Shown piece after piece: positions 54,988-64,000 of a stretch of DNA of 64,000 bases. The stretch's first letter is position 1. The number at the start of each line of letters is the position of its first letter. The DNA lies in the NCBI GenBank assembly GCA_902547295.1, contig CACCNJ010000006.1, positions 2,678-66,677 on the forward strand. The letters run 5' to 3'. A program made the position numbers and the translations under genes. This DNA comes from an uncultured SAR86 cluster bacterium (GTDB lineage: Bacteria > Pseudomonadota > Gammaproteobacteria > Magnimaribacterales > D2472). The notes beneath the pieces were generated by a model. The model ran no database searches. It worked only from the letters and a program-made list of their open reading frames with translations, and was not told the origin of the DNA.

Positions 54988-56434
54988 TTGTTAGTGATTT
55001 TTCAACGTATGATTTCCAATCATTAAAAGCACTATCATAAGTTTTTGTTAATTCAGTATTTGGTGTAAAAACATTCACATTATCATTTTTTACATTATTA
55101 ATACTCAATCCAGATGCAAGCATGCAAACTTTACACGCGCCAATAGCAGTTGATTCAACATTTTTTGGTTGAATAATTTTTTTATTAAGAGTATCTGCAA
55201 GTAATTGACAAAATGAGTTATTTTGCACCATGCCGCCATCTACTGACAGATTAGTTATTTGAATATCATATTCTTGCAAAATGGAAGTAATTTCTCTAGT
55301 TTGAAAAGAAATTGAATGAAATGCAGCAGTAACCATATCTTCTATTGAGGAATCCTGAGTAAGCCCATAAAAACCCCCTCTAATATCTGAATTCCAATAA
55401 GGGGCACCCAAACCATTAAAAGCTGGCAAAAAAAGAACATTATTGCTATTTCCTTTCTTATTTAGATATTTCTCGCTATCTTTAGCACTTTCAAAAAATT
55501 TCATTTTATCTCGTAGCCATTTAATTATGGTTCCTGATGAGTAAATGCTACCTTCAATAGCATAATGAACTTTATCATCTAATTGATATGCCACTGTTGT
55601 TAGCAGACCTTCATCTACACTTAAGGGCTTTTCTTCTGTATTTACCATTAAGAAGCAACCCGTACCATATGTAGATTTCATATCGCCATTTTTAAAGCAA
55701 CCTTGTCCAACAAGAGCTGCTTGTTGATCTCCAATAACACCTCTTATAGGAATCTCACAATCATTTATTTTTAAATTACCAAAATCGCCATCACAACTTA
55801 ACACTTCAGGCATCATGGTTTTAGGTATTTCAAATAATTCCAATAGCTCATCATCCCATTCCATACTTTTTATATTAAAAAGCAATGTTCTCGACGCGTT
55901 TGTAACATCTGTGAAATGATTCTTTTCTTTAGAAAGCATATAAATAAGATATGAATCAACAGTTCCAAACAATAACTCACCTTTACTCGCTTTTTCTTTT
56001 GCGCCGTCAACATTATCTAGAATCCACTTAATCTTAGTTGCTGAAAAATATGGATCAAGAAGTAGTCCTGTTTTTTCTTTTATAACTGGTTCATGACCAT
56101 TTAATTTCAGATATGAGCAATATTCATGCGTTCTTCTATCTTGCCAAACAATTCCAGGATAGATTGGTTCACCAGTTGATTTTGACCAGACTATTGTCGT
56201 TTCTCTTTGATTTGTAATACCGCAAGCTTCAAGATCTATATCAGCGCTTACAACTTTATTAAGTGTATTTGTAACTGTTTCTATTATTTTCTTCGGCTCT
56301 AGCTCAACCCAGCCATCCTCTGGATAAGTAAGATCATATTCTTCTTGCGCATCTGTTACTAAATTTAAATTTGCATCAAAAATTATTGATCTTGAACTTG
56401 TGGTTCCTTGATCTATTGATAAAAAGTTTTTCAT
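54980..56434 (-). CDS. glpK: glycerol kinase
   Basis: LSIDQGTTSSR, ITNQRETT and FGTVDSYL motifs. Length 484 aa. Confidence 0.95.
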   Translation of the reverse strand: MKNFLSIDQGTTSSRSIIFDANLNLVTDAQEEYDLTYPEDGWVELEPKKIIETVTNTLNKVVSADIDLEACGITNQRETTIVWSKSTGEPIYPGIVWQDRRTHEYCSYLKLNGHEPVIKEKTGLLLDPYFSATKIKWILDNVDGAKEKASKGELLFGTVDSYLIYMLSKEKNHFTDVTNASRTLLFNIKSMEWDDELLELFEIPKTMMPEVLSCDGDFGNLKINDCEIPIRGVIGDQQAALVGQGCFKNGDMKSTYGTGCFLMVNTEEKPLSVDEGLLTTVAYQLDDKVHYAIEGSIYSSGTIIKWLRDKMKFFESAKDSEKYLNKKGNSNNVLFLPAFNGLGAPYWNSDIRGGFYGLTQDSSIEDMVTAAFHSISFQTREITSILQEYDIQITNLSVDGGMVQNNSFCQLLADTLNKKIIQPKNVESTAIGACKVCMLASGLSINNVKNDNVNVFTPNTELTKTYDSAFNDWKSYVEKSLTTS

Positions 56435-56453
56435 ATCATCACTCCAATACTAA

Positions 56454-56573
56454 TTATCCACAATTTATACACTTATTTCCAACAGTATAAAAACACCTTT
56501 TATACACTATATTGTGTAAAAAAATGAAATTGTCACAATATATTGTGTTTTTTTGCTTGATTCTTTATCCACA
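56454..56573. promoter_or_regulatory. DnaA boxes flanking the nrdA promoter region
   Basis: Perfect TTATCCACA at 56454-56462 and 56565-56573. One-mismatch TTATACACT copies lie between them. Confidence 0.5.
56503..56548 (+). promoter_or_regulatory. tandem NrdR boxes upstream of nrdA
   Basis: tACACTATATTGTGTa (56503-56518) and tCACAATATATTGTGt (56533-56548; the 14-nt core is a perfect palindrome). Centres are about 30 bp apart. Matches the acaCwAtATaTwGtgt-type NrdR consensus. Confidence 0.75.
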
Positions 56574-56693
56574 ATAAGTATAGTTAGTTGGTAGGAGAAA
56601 AAAATTTACGTTACTGCAGAATTACTTAAATTTTTCCAAAAAAGAAACAATAAAACTTTTGATAAAAGAAGATGAATAGCGGATAAAGAAAAA

Positions 56694-59564
56694 ATGGAAG
56701 TTCAACAACAAAATCAGAAAGAAAATATTAATCAATCCATAAGCGAAATAGAAACAACAGCACCAGGAAAGCTAAGAGTCATAAAAAGAAATGGGAAAGT
56801 TGTTCCTTTTGAGGACGACAAAATAAAAGTGGCTATAACCAAAGCATTTTTAGCCATTGAATCTGGAAATGCAGCAGCAAGCGAAAGAATACATAACAAG
56901 GTTGGTGAACTTACAGATGCTGTTGTAGAGGTTTTTAAGAGACGAATGCCCTCAGGAGGAACCCTTCATATAGAAGAGATACAAGATCAAGTAGAACTTC
57001 AGCTTATGAGGTCAGAGGAACTTGATGTTGCAAAAAGTTACATACTTTATAGAGCAGAAAGAACACAAGAAAGAAAAAAGGAAAAGGTTGAAATAGATCT
57101 ACATGATGTTCCAAGTATAAATATTACAAAAAGCGATGGAAGCTTGGTCCCTCTTGATGTGGAGAAAGTTGCAGGATTGATAAGTGATGCGTGTGAAGAC
57201 TTGGAAGAAGTATCAGTTAATGAGGTTTTAGATGAAGCTTTAAAAAATTTATATGATGGAGTGTCAATTTCAGACATGAGAACAAGTCTTGTTATGTCAG
57301 CAAGAACAAAGGTTGAGAAAGAGCCTAATTATTCTTTTGTAACAGCAAGAATACTCATGGATCAAATAAGAAGTGAAGCATTGAATTTTCTTGGTGTTGC
57401 TGAAGAATCAACATATCAAGAAATGGAATCAAACTATCCAAAAGCATTTAAGGCCTACATTGATAAAGGAATAGAGCTTGATATATTAAATCCTGAACTT
57501 AAAACCTTTGACCTTGAGAAGCTTGGAAAAGCAATAGATTTTACCAGAGATAATCAATTTACATATTTAGGCCTACAAACCCTTTATGACAGATATTTTA
57601 TTCATTGTGATGACGTAAGATATGAGCTACCTCAAGTATTTTTCATGAGAGTTTCAATGGGACTTGCTATAGAAGAAGAAAACAGAGAAGAAAGAGCAAT
57701 AGAATTCTACAAGCTTCTTTCTAGCTTTGATTACATGAGTTCTACACCAACTTTATTCAATTCTGGAACAAAAAGACCACAATTATCTTCATGCTATCTA
57801 ACAACAATACCCGACGACCTAGATGGTATTTTCTCAGCAATGAAAGATAATGCATTATTGTCAAAATGGGCTGGAGGCTTAGGTAATGATTGGACTCCAG
57901 TAAGGGCGATGAACTCTTACATCAAAGGAACAAATGGAAAAAGTCAGGGTGTGGTTCCCTTCTTAAAAGTTGCAAATGATACTGCTGTTGCAGTAAATCA
58001 AGGCGGTAAAAGAAAAGGTGCTATGTGTGGCTATTTAGAGACTTGGCATTTGGATATTGAAGAGTTTTTAGAGCTTAGAAAAAATACTGGCGACGAAAGA
58101 AGAAGAACTCATGATATGAACACTGCGAACTGGGTGCCTGATTTATTTATGAAAAGAGTTGAAAAAGACGAAAACTGGACACTTTTTTCACCTGGAGAAA
58201 CACCAGAACTGCATGATCTAATTGGTAAAGCTTTTGAAGAAAAGTATGAAGAATATGAAGAAAAGGCAAAAAATGGTGAAATGGATCAATTCAAATCTGT
58301 TCCAGCAAAAGAGCTATGGAGAAAAATGCTTACAATGTTATTCGAAACAGGCCATCCTTGGATTACATTCAAAGACTCTTGCAATCTAAGATCACCACAA
58401 CAGCATTCAGGAGTTGTTCATTCATCAAATCTTTGCACCGAGATCACCCTTAATACAAGTGCTGATAATGAAATTGCTGTTTGTAATTTAGGCTCTGTTA
58501 ATCTTGCAAATCATATGAAAGATGGAAAGCTTGATGAAGAAAAGATCAAGCGAACTGTTTCTACAGCTATAAGAATGTTAGATAACGTCATAAACATTAA
58601 TTATTATTCTGTTGATACTGCTAAAAATTCAAACTTAAAACACAGGCCAATAGGACTTGGTCTTATGGGTTTCCAAGATGCACTTTATTTACAAAATATA
58701 CCTTACTGCAGCGACGAGGCTGTAGAGTTTGCAGATAGAAGTATGGAACTAATAAGTTATAACGCAATATATGCCTCAACAGAGCTGGCAAAAGAAAGAG
58801 GCGCATATGAGAGCTTTGACGGATCCTTATGGAGCAAGGGGATACTTCCAAAGGATTCATTAAATATTCTTGAGGAAAACAGAGGAAGTGAGTATTTAAA
58901 TGTTGACAGAACTGAAACATTAGACTGGGAGACACTAAGAAAGAAAGTTAAAAAAGATGGGATGAGAAATTCAAATGTTATGGCAATTGCACCAACAGCT
59001 ACCATTTCGAACATAACTGGAATAACACAATCAATTGAACCTACATATCAGAACTTATATGTAAAATCTAATCTGTCAGGTGAGTTTACGATTGTAAATC
59101 CTCATCTTGTAAGAAAATTAAAAGAATTGGATTTATGGGATGATGTAATGATTAATGACCTTAAATATTTCGAAGGAAGCTTATCGGAGATTTCAAGAAT
59201 ACCTGAAGACATCAAAAAGCTATTTTCCACTGCATTTGAGGTTGAGCCAAGGTATATCGTTGAATCTGCTAGCAGAAGACAAAAATGGATAGATCAAGCT
59301 CAATCACTAAATTTATATATTGGAAATGCTGATGGTAAAAAGCTAGACATAACATACAGAATGGCATGGTACTCAGGTTTAAAAACAACCTATTATCTAA
59401 GGTCGATTGCAGCAACATCAACAGAAAAATCTACAGTTCAACAGGGTAAATTAAACGCAGTAAGTTCTGATGCAAGTCAGGCTTCAACAAAGGAGCTCGG
59501 TGCACCTGCACCAGTTCCAACAGCATGCTCACTGGATGATCCAGATTGTGAAGCATGTCAATAA
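56694..59564 (+). CDS. nrdA: class Ia ribonucleoside-diphosphate reductase alpha subunit
   Basis: N-terminal ATP-cone(s) (VIKRNGKVVPFEDDKI), catalytic NLCTEI, and a C-terminal Cys pair (CSLDDPDCEACQ). Confidence 0.97.
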   Translation: MEVQQQNQKENINQSISEIETTAPGKLRVIKRNGKVVPFEDDKIKVAITKAFLAIESGNAAASERIHNKVGELTDAVVEVFKRRMPSGGTLHIEEIQDQVELQLMRSEELDVAKSYILYRAERTQERKKEKVEIDLHDVPSINITKSDGSLVPLDVEKVAGLISDACEDLEEVSVNEVLDEALKNLYDGVSISDMRTSLVMSARTKVEKEPNYSFVTARILMDQIRSEALNFLGVAEESTYQEMESNYPKAFKAYIDKGIELDILNPELKTFDLEKLGKAIDFTRDNQFTYLGLQTLYDRYFIHCDDVRYELPQVFFMRVSMGLAIEEENREERAIEFYKLLSSFDYMSSTPTLFNSGTKRPQLSSCYLTTIPDDLDGIFSAMKDNALLSKWAGGLGNDWTPVRAMNSYIKGTNGKSQGVVPFLKVANDTAVAVNQGGKRKGAMCGYLETWHLDIEEFLELRKNTGDERRRTHDMNTANWVPDLFMKRVEKDENWTLFSPGETPELHDLIGKAFEEKYEEYEEKAKNGEMDQFKSVPAKELWRKMLTMLFETGHPWITFKDSCNLRSPQQHSGVVHSSNLCTEITLNTSADNEIAVCNLGSVNLANHMKDGKLDEEKIKRTVSTAIRMLDNVININYYSVDTAKNSNLKHRPIGLGLMGFQDALYLQNIPYCSDEAVEFADRSMELISYNAIYASTELAKERGAYESFDGSLWSKGILPKDSLNILEENRGSEYLNVDRTETLDWETLRKKVKKDGMRNSNVMAIAPTATISNITGITQSIEPTYQNLYVKSNLSGEFTIVNPHLVRKLKELDLWDDVMINDLKYFEGSLSEISRIPEDIKKLFSTAFEVEPRYIVESASRRQKWIDQAQSLNLYIGNADGKKLDITYRMAWYSGLKTTYYLRSIAATSTEKSTVQQGKLNAVSSDASQASTKELGAPAPVPTACSLDDPDCEACQ

Positions 59565-59581
59565 ATTAAAAGGAGAAAGAA

Positions 59582-60850
59582 ATGTTAAATTGGGATGAAT
59601 ACGGAAAAGATGAAAATTCCTCACCTCCGGTTGTATCAGAGCCAAAAACTGAAGTGGTTGATCAAACTACTGAGGTTAAACAACCTGAACCTCCTCAGCC
59701 AGCTGAATCTGCAGTATCTATCGAACCATCTAATATTGGTGAAGGATCTAGAGCAGAAGCAGCTCGTAAAGCTGTAAATAGCCTAGATGAAACAGCTGGC
59801 AACGAGGAACTTGATGAAATGATGGCTAATGCAGGTCGAGTGCAAGTTGATCAAAAAATGATGATTAATTGTAAAGCTGACCTAAATCAATTAGTGCCAT
59901 TCAAGTATGATTGGGCATGGCAGAAATATCTTGATGGAAGTGCTAACCACTGGATGCCACAAGAAATAAATATGACAAATGATATTGTCTTATGGAAATC
60001 TGAAGACGGATTAACAGAAGATGAGAGAGTAATTGTAAAAAGAAACTTAGGCTTCTTCTCAACAGCAGATTCTCTTGTTGCAAATAATCTTGTGCTTGCG
60101 CTATATAGGTTAATTACAAATCCTGAGTGCAGACAATATATACTCAGACAAAGCCTCGAAGAGGCAATTCATACTCATGCATATCAGTATTGTATTGAAT
60201 CTCTAGGAATGGACGAAGGAGAAATATTCAACATGTACAGAGAAGTTCCATGCGTTGCAAGAAAAGCATCATGGGGCCTTAAGTACACTCAAGAAATTTC
60301 TGATCCAGACTTTAAAACAGGCACTATCGAAACAGATAAGCAACTACTAAAAAATCTCATAGCATTTTACTGTGTTTTAGAAGGCATTTTCTTTTATTGT
60401 GGTTTTACACAGATTCTTTCCATGGGAAGAAGAAATAAAATGACAGGAACGGCAGAACAGTTTCAATATATCTTAAGAGACGAATCTATGCATGTAAATT
60501 TTGGAATCGATGTAATTAATCAAATCAAAATAGAAAACCCTCATTTATGGGATGATCAGATGAAAGCTGATGCGGCGCAGATGATTCTTGAAGGAACTGA
60601 GTTAGAGATTCAATACGCAAGAGATACTATGCCAAGAGGTGTATTAGGAATGAATGCATCTATGATGGAAGAGTATCTAAAATTTATTGCAAATAGAAGG
60701 CTCACACAGCTTGGTCTAGATGAAGAGTTTACTGGAGTATCAAATCCATTCCCATGGATGTCAGAAATTATTGATTTAAGGAAAGAGAAAAATTTCTTTG
60801 AAACAAGAGTTACTGAATATCAAGTTGGTGGTGCATTAAACTGGGAATAA
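59582..60850 (+). CDS. nrdB: class Ia ribonucleoside-diphosphate reductase beta subunit (long, Pseudomonas-type N-terminal extension)
   Basis: Di-iron ligand motifs EEAIHTHAY and [18 protein letters not shown]. Low-complexity Pro/Glu-rich N-terminal ~90 aa. Confidence 0.95.
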   Translation: MLNWDEYGKDENSSPPVVSEPKTEVVDQTTEVKQPEPPQPAESAVSIEPSNIGEGSRAEAARKAVNSLDETAGNEELDEMMANAGRVQVDQKMMINCKADLNQLVPFKYDWAWQKYLDGSANHWMPQEINMTNDIVLWKSEDGLTEDERVIVKRNLGFFSTADSLVANNLVLALYRLITNPECRQYILRQSLEEAIHTHAYQYCIESLGMDEGEIFNMYREVPCVARKASWGLKYTQEISDPDFKTGTIETDKQLLKNLIAFYCVLEGIFFYCGFTQILSMGRRNKMTGTAEQFQYILRDESMHVNFGIDVINQIKIENPHLWDDQMKADAAQMILEGTELEIQYARDTMPRGVLGMNASMMEEYLKFIANRRLTQLGLDEEFTGVSNPFPWMSEIIDLRKEKNFFETRVTEYQVGGALNWE

Positions 60851-60853
60851 AAC

Positions 60854-61462
60854 TTGAAGCTTTATTCAAGCCCAGTTGCTCCTAGCCCAAGAAAGGTTCT
60901 TATCTTCATTGCTGAAAAAAGTATTACAGATATAGAAGTTAAGAACCTTGATATAGGTAAGCTAGAACACAAAACATCAGAATATAAAAAAATTGCTCCA
61001 AATTCTCGTATACCTGCACTCGTTTTGGATAATGGAGAAGTAATACTTGAAACAACTGCTATCTGTAGATATTTGGAGTGCTTTCATCCTGAACCAAACT
61101 TGTTTGGAGACAATGCAGAAGAGATCGCACAAATTGAAATGTGGTATTCAAGAATTTCTTTCGAATTAATGATGCCTTTGATGCATGGATTTAGACATAC
61201 TCACCCGCATATGAGTGCACTTGAAAATCAAAATAACGAATTTGGATTAGCTCAAAGAGAATTAGCGGTTAAATCACTAAAATATTATGATGAAGTAATG
61301 GCGGATAAAGAATATATAGCCTGCAATAAGTTTTCATATGCTGACATTCAAGCTGTAACATCACTTCAATTTCTTGTGCGTCTTAACAAAATAGATATAA
61401 ATGATTATAAAAATTTATCCAATTACATAGATAATATTGCAAAAAGACCTAGCTTTGCTTAA
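60854..61462 (+). CDS. glutathione S-transferase family protein
   Basis: TTG start 3 nt after the nrdB stop. Thioredoxin-like N-domain (KLYSSPVAPSPRKV ... IPALVLDNGEVILETTAICRYLE). Confidence 0.8.
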   Translation: MKLYSSPVAPSPRKVLIFIAEKSITDIEVKNLDIGKLEHKTSEYKKIAPNSRIPALVLDNGEVILETTAICRYLECFHPEPNLFGDNAEEIAQIEMWYSRISFELMMPLMHGFRHTHPHMSALENQNNEFGLAQRELAVKSLKYYDEVMADKEYIACNKFSYADIQAVTSLQFLVRLNKIDINDYKNLSNYIDNIAKRPSFA

Positions 61463-61467
61463 TGCAA

Positions 61468-62367
61468 CTATTTGTTAATTAATTCAAAAAATTTAAGAGT
61501 TTGTTCTCCTCCATTTTGAAGAGCTCGTGCATCTGTCATATCAGAAATTTTGTCCCAGTTAGCTTCGATATTTTCAGGTGTCATGTCTTCACCCATACCC
61601 AAAGATACTCCCATAGTTTCATGTATAAATATTCTTGAAAAAACTCCTGCACCAGCAGCCATAATGGCTCCATTAGGTGCATTTTCGCTTGATAAGTAAA
61701 TCACTGCAGGTGTAACAAATTCTGGTTGAAGATTTTTGCCAAAGTCTTCTGGAATTAAACCCTCGGTCATTCTTGTATAAGCAACAGGTGTAATAGAGTT
61801 TGTAAAAACATTTTTACTTTGACCTTCAATTTTTAAAGTATTCATAAGGCCGACCATTGCCATCTTTGCAGAGCCGTAGTTTGTTTGACCAAAGTTACCA
61901 AAAACACCACTCGAGGAGCTTGTAAAAACAATTCGGCCATACTCTTGTTCTCTCATTATTGGAAAAATTGTATGTGTGCAATTTAAGCTTCCTTGAAAAT
62001 GAACATCCATTACTAAATTAAAATCTTCAAGACTTACTTTATGAAAACTTTTATCTCTAAGAATTCCAGCATTATTTACCAAAATATCTATTCTTCCCCA
62101 CTTTTCCATGGTTTGATTAGTCATTTCTTTTACAGCATCCAGATCGGTGACACTGGCACCATTTGCAATGGCCTCACCACCTTCAGATTTAATAATATCT
62201 ACAACTTCATTTGCTGCATCACTGGTCCCACTGCCATCAACACTTCCACCAAGATCATTTACAACAACTTTTGCTCCTCGTCTTGCTAACTCAAGTGCAT
62301 GTTCTTTCCCTATACCACCACCAGCGCCTGTGACGATTGCAACCCTATCATCAAATCTTATTGACAT
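61468..62367 (-). CDS. SDR oxidoreductase (MFE-2/HSD17B4-type 3-hydroxyacyl-CoA dehydrogenase-like)
   Basis: FDDRVAIVTGAGGGIGKEHALELARRGAKVVVNDLGG, NNAGILRD and YGSAK catalytic motifs. Confidence 0.85.
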   Translation of the reverse strand: MSIRFDDRVAIVTGAGGGIGKEHALELARRGAKVVVNDLGGSVDGSGTSDAANEVVDIIKSEGGEAIANGASVTDLDAVKEMTNQTMEKWGRIDILVNNAGILRDKSFHKVSLEDFNLVMDVHFQGSLNCTHTIFPIMREQEYGRIVFTSSSSGVFGNFGQTNYGSAKMAMVGLMNTLKIEGQSKNVFTNSITPVAYTRMTEGLIPEDFGKNLQPEFVTPAVIYLSSENAPNGAIMAAGAGVFSRIFIHETMGVSLGMGEDMTPENIEANWDKISDMTDARALQNGGEQTLKFFELINK

Positions 62368-62514
62368 GTTCTTTCTCCAAAATAATAAAGTAAATTTGAA
62401 ATCGAATTGAAGATATTTTAATCAAAAAAAATCTCATTTACTACGATATAAAACTAAGGATTCCAATTCGATTTAAGAATATAATGTATCATCAGTTTTT
62501 TAAAAGGATTTTTA

Positions 62515-63513
62515 ATGAGTAAATCTATAAAAGTTGTTGTTACTGGAGCTGCAGGACAAATTGCCTATTCTCTAATACCAAGATTAGTCGATGGAAATAC
62601 ATTTGGTGATAAAATCGTTGATCTTGCATTAGTTGAGATTCCTCAAGTTGTTGATAAGTTAAAGGGTTTAGTCATGGAGCTTGAAGATTCTTATTTTCCA
62701 AAAATGGGTAAAGTTACTTATACCGATAATTTTGAAGAGGCATCAAAAGATGCTGACTGGTTCTTGCTAGTTGGAAGTATACCAAGAGGTATTGTCTATA
62801 ACGGAAAGAAGATTGAAGAAAGATCAGATCTTTTAAGTATTAATGGTGGTATTTTTGTTCAACAAGGTGAGGCAATTGGAAAATATGGAAAAGATGATGC
62901 TAAGATCTTAGTTGTTGGTAATCCTGCAAATACAAATGCTTTTATTGGAAAAGATGCTGCTAACAATGACAATCAACTTTGGATGGCAATGACAATGCTA
63001 GATTCTAATCGAGCTAAGTCTATTCTTGCAAAAAAAACAAATAATAATGTTTCTGAAGTTAAAAATATGATTATTTGGGGAAATCATAGTCCAACTATGT
63101 ATCCTGATTCAGAAAACGCACTAATCTCTGGAAAGCTAGGTAGCGAAGTAATAAATGATATGAATTGGATAGAGTCTGAATTCATTCCCACAGTCCAACA
63201 GAGAGGAAAAGCGGTTATAGATGCCAGAGGCGCGTCCTCTGCAACATCTGCAGCAAAAGCAGCAATAGATACTGTTATTGCATGCGAAAAACCAACTAAT
63301 TCAGGTGATTGTTTTAGTGCAGCTATTGCAAGTGATGGTGCATATGATGTTCCTGAGGGCATTATTTGTGGTTATCCCTTAATTACTCTAGATGATGGAT
63401 CAATAGAAATTAAAAGAGATATCTCATTATCAGAGTTTGCAAAATCTAAATTTAAGATATCTATAGATGAACTTTTATCAGAAAGAGAAGCTGTAAAACA
63501 TCTCTTAAGATGA
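62515..63513 (+). CDS. mdh: malate dehydrogenase (type 2)
   Basis: KVVVTGAAGQIAYSL, VGNPANTNA and WGNHS motifs. Confidence 0.93.
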   Translation: MSKSIKVVVTGAAGQIAYSLIPRLVDGNTFGDKIVDLALVEIPQVVDKLKGLVMELEDSYFPKMGKVTYTDNFEEASKDADWFLLVGSIPRGIVYNGKKIEERSDLLSINGGIFVQQGEAIGKYGKDDAKILVVGNPANTNAFIGKDAANNDNQLWMAMTMLDSNRAKSILAKKTNNNVSEVKNMIIWGNHSPTMYPDSENALISGKLGSEVINDMNWIESEFIPTVQQRGKAVIDARGASSATSAAKAAIDTVIACEKPTNSGDCFSAAIASDGAYDVPEGIICGYPLITLDDGSIEIKRDISLSEFAKSKFKISIDELLSEREAVKHLLR

Positions 63514-63971
63514 CAAAAAAAGAAAAAATTCTTCATAGTTATATTACAAACATTATTGAAGATGAAAACCCTAAAAATATTTTTATACTTACATCACAAG
63601 ATATATCTAAGCTCATTAAAAGAATAGAGAAATTAAGTGTTAATGGATTATCTATTAGTCCCAATATTGAAAAATTATCAGATGAAAACATTGATTTATT
63701 CATTATCTTGGATGATATACATGCATCTGAATCGAATATTGGAACAATAAAAAATCTTTTAAGCCATAAAATCGCAATTTTTACTGACTTTGAAGATGAT
63801 CAAGAAACAAATGAAGTTATGCTTAAACTTGGGTTCCAAACAGAATTAATTGATAAAAATAATAAATTAAAATGTTTCTCATATAATTTAAAAACATATA
63901 ACAACAAAAGAACCTGGAACAACCCAAAGGGTTGGGCTAATCCTGAAAATTTTGATAAGTTTAGATGGTGA
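63510..63971 (+). CDS. conserved hypothetical protein, translationally coupled to mdh
   Basis: ATGA overlap with the mdh stop. Trp-rich C-terminal motif RTWNNPKGWANPENFDKFRW. Confidence 0.5.
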   Translation: MTKKEKILHSYITNIIEDENPKNIFILTSQDISKLIKRIEKLSVNGLSISPNIEKLSDENIDLFIILDDIHASESNIGTIKNLLSHKIAIFTDFEDDQETNEVMLKLGFQTELIDKNNKLKCFSYNLKTYNNKRTWNNPKGWANPENFDKFRW

Positions 63972-64000
63972 TAAATTTAAACTAAGATTTCAATTGAGGA

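Overview
This is a 64-kb chromosomal segment from a low-G+C genome (about one third G+C by eye) that is very tightly packed. Gene order is gammaproteobacterial: rpoE-rseA-degP-lepA-lepB-rnc-era-recO, queA-tgt-yajC-secDF, divergent trmJ/suhB and divergent sdhE/ygfZ. Combined with the AT-richness, many 1-11 nt gene overlaps, a TonB-dependent receptor and many exported lipoproteins, this suggests a streamlined marine gammaproteobacterium of the SAR86 type. That assignment is inference, not proven. I call about 65 protein genes and three tRNAs: Gly-GCC, Glu-UUC and Leu-CAA. I also call several intrinsic terminators, several sigma70-like promoters, and NrdR and DnaA boxes upstream of nrdAB. I saw no CRISPR array, transposase, integrase, prophage or recognisable defence genes. 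Items worth a second look, roughly in order of interest: (1) a ~220-nt RNA-like element of ~50% G+C with its own promoter and terminator, immediately upstream of a pyk / Na+-solute symporter / GH3 beta-glucosidase / glk operon; it matches no RNA family I can recognise. (2) A perfect inverted pair of DnaA boxes at a strand-bias switch. (3) An outer-membrane lipoprotein that joins a cadherin-like domain to an amicyanin-like type-1 copper site. (4) A TonB-receptor / M64-like metalloprotease lipoprotein locus flanked by a three-member family of secreted tandem-repeat proteins. (5) Miniaturised acpS (67 aa) and tsaB (143 aa) genes inside a 12-kb overlapping super-operon. (6) A PncC-like/NadD-like fusion protein. 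(7) An 11-kb stretch rich in lipid- or steroid-type redox enzymes and small NTF2/ABM-fold proteins. All functional calls come from motif recognition by eye. No database searches were run.
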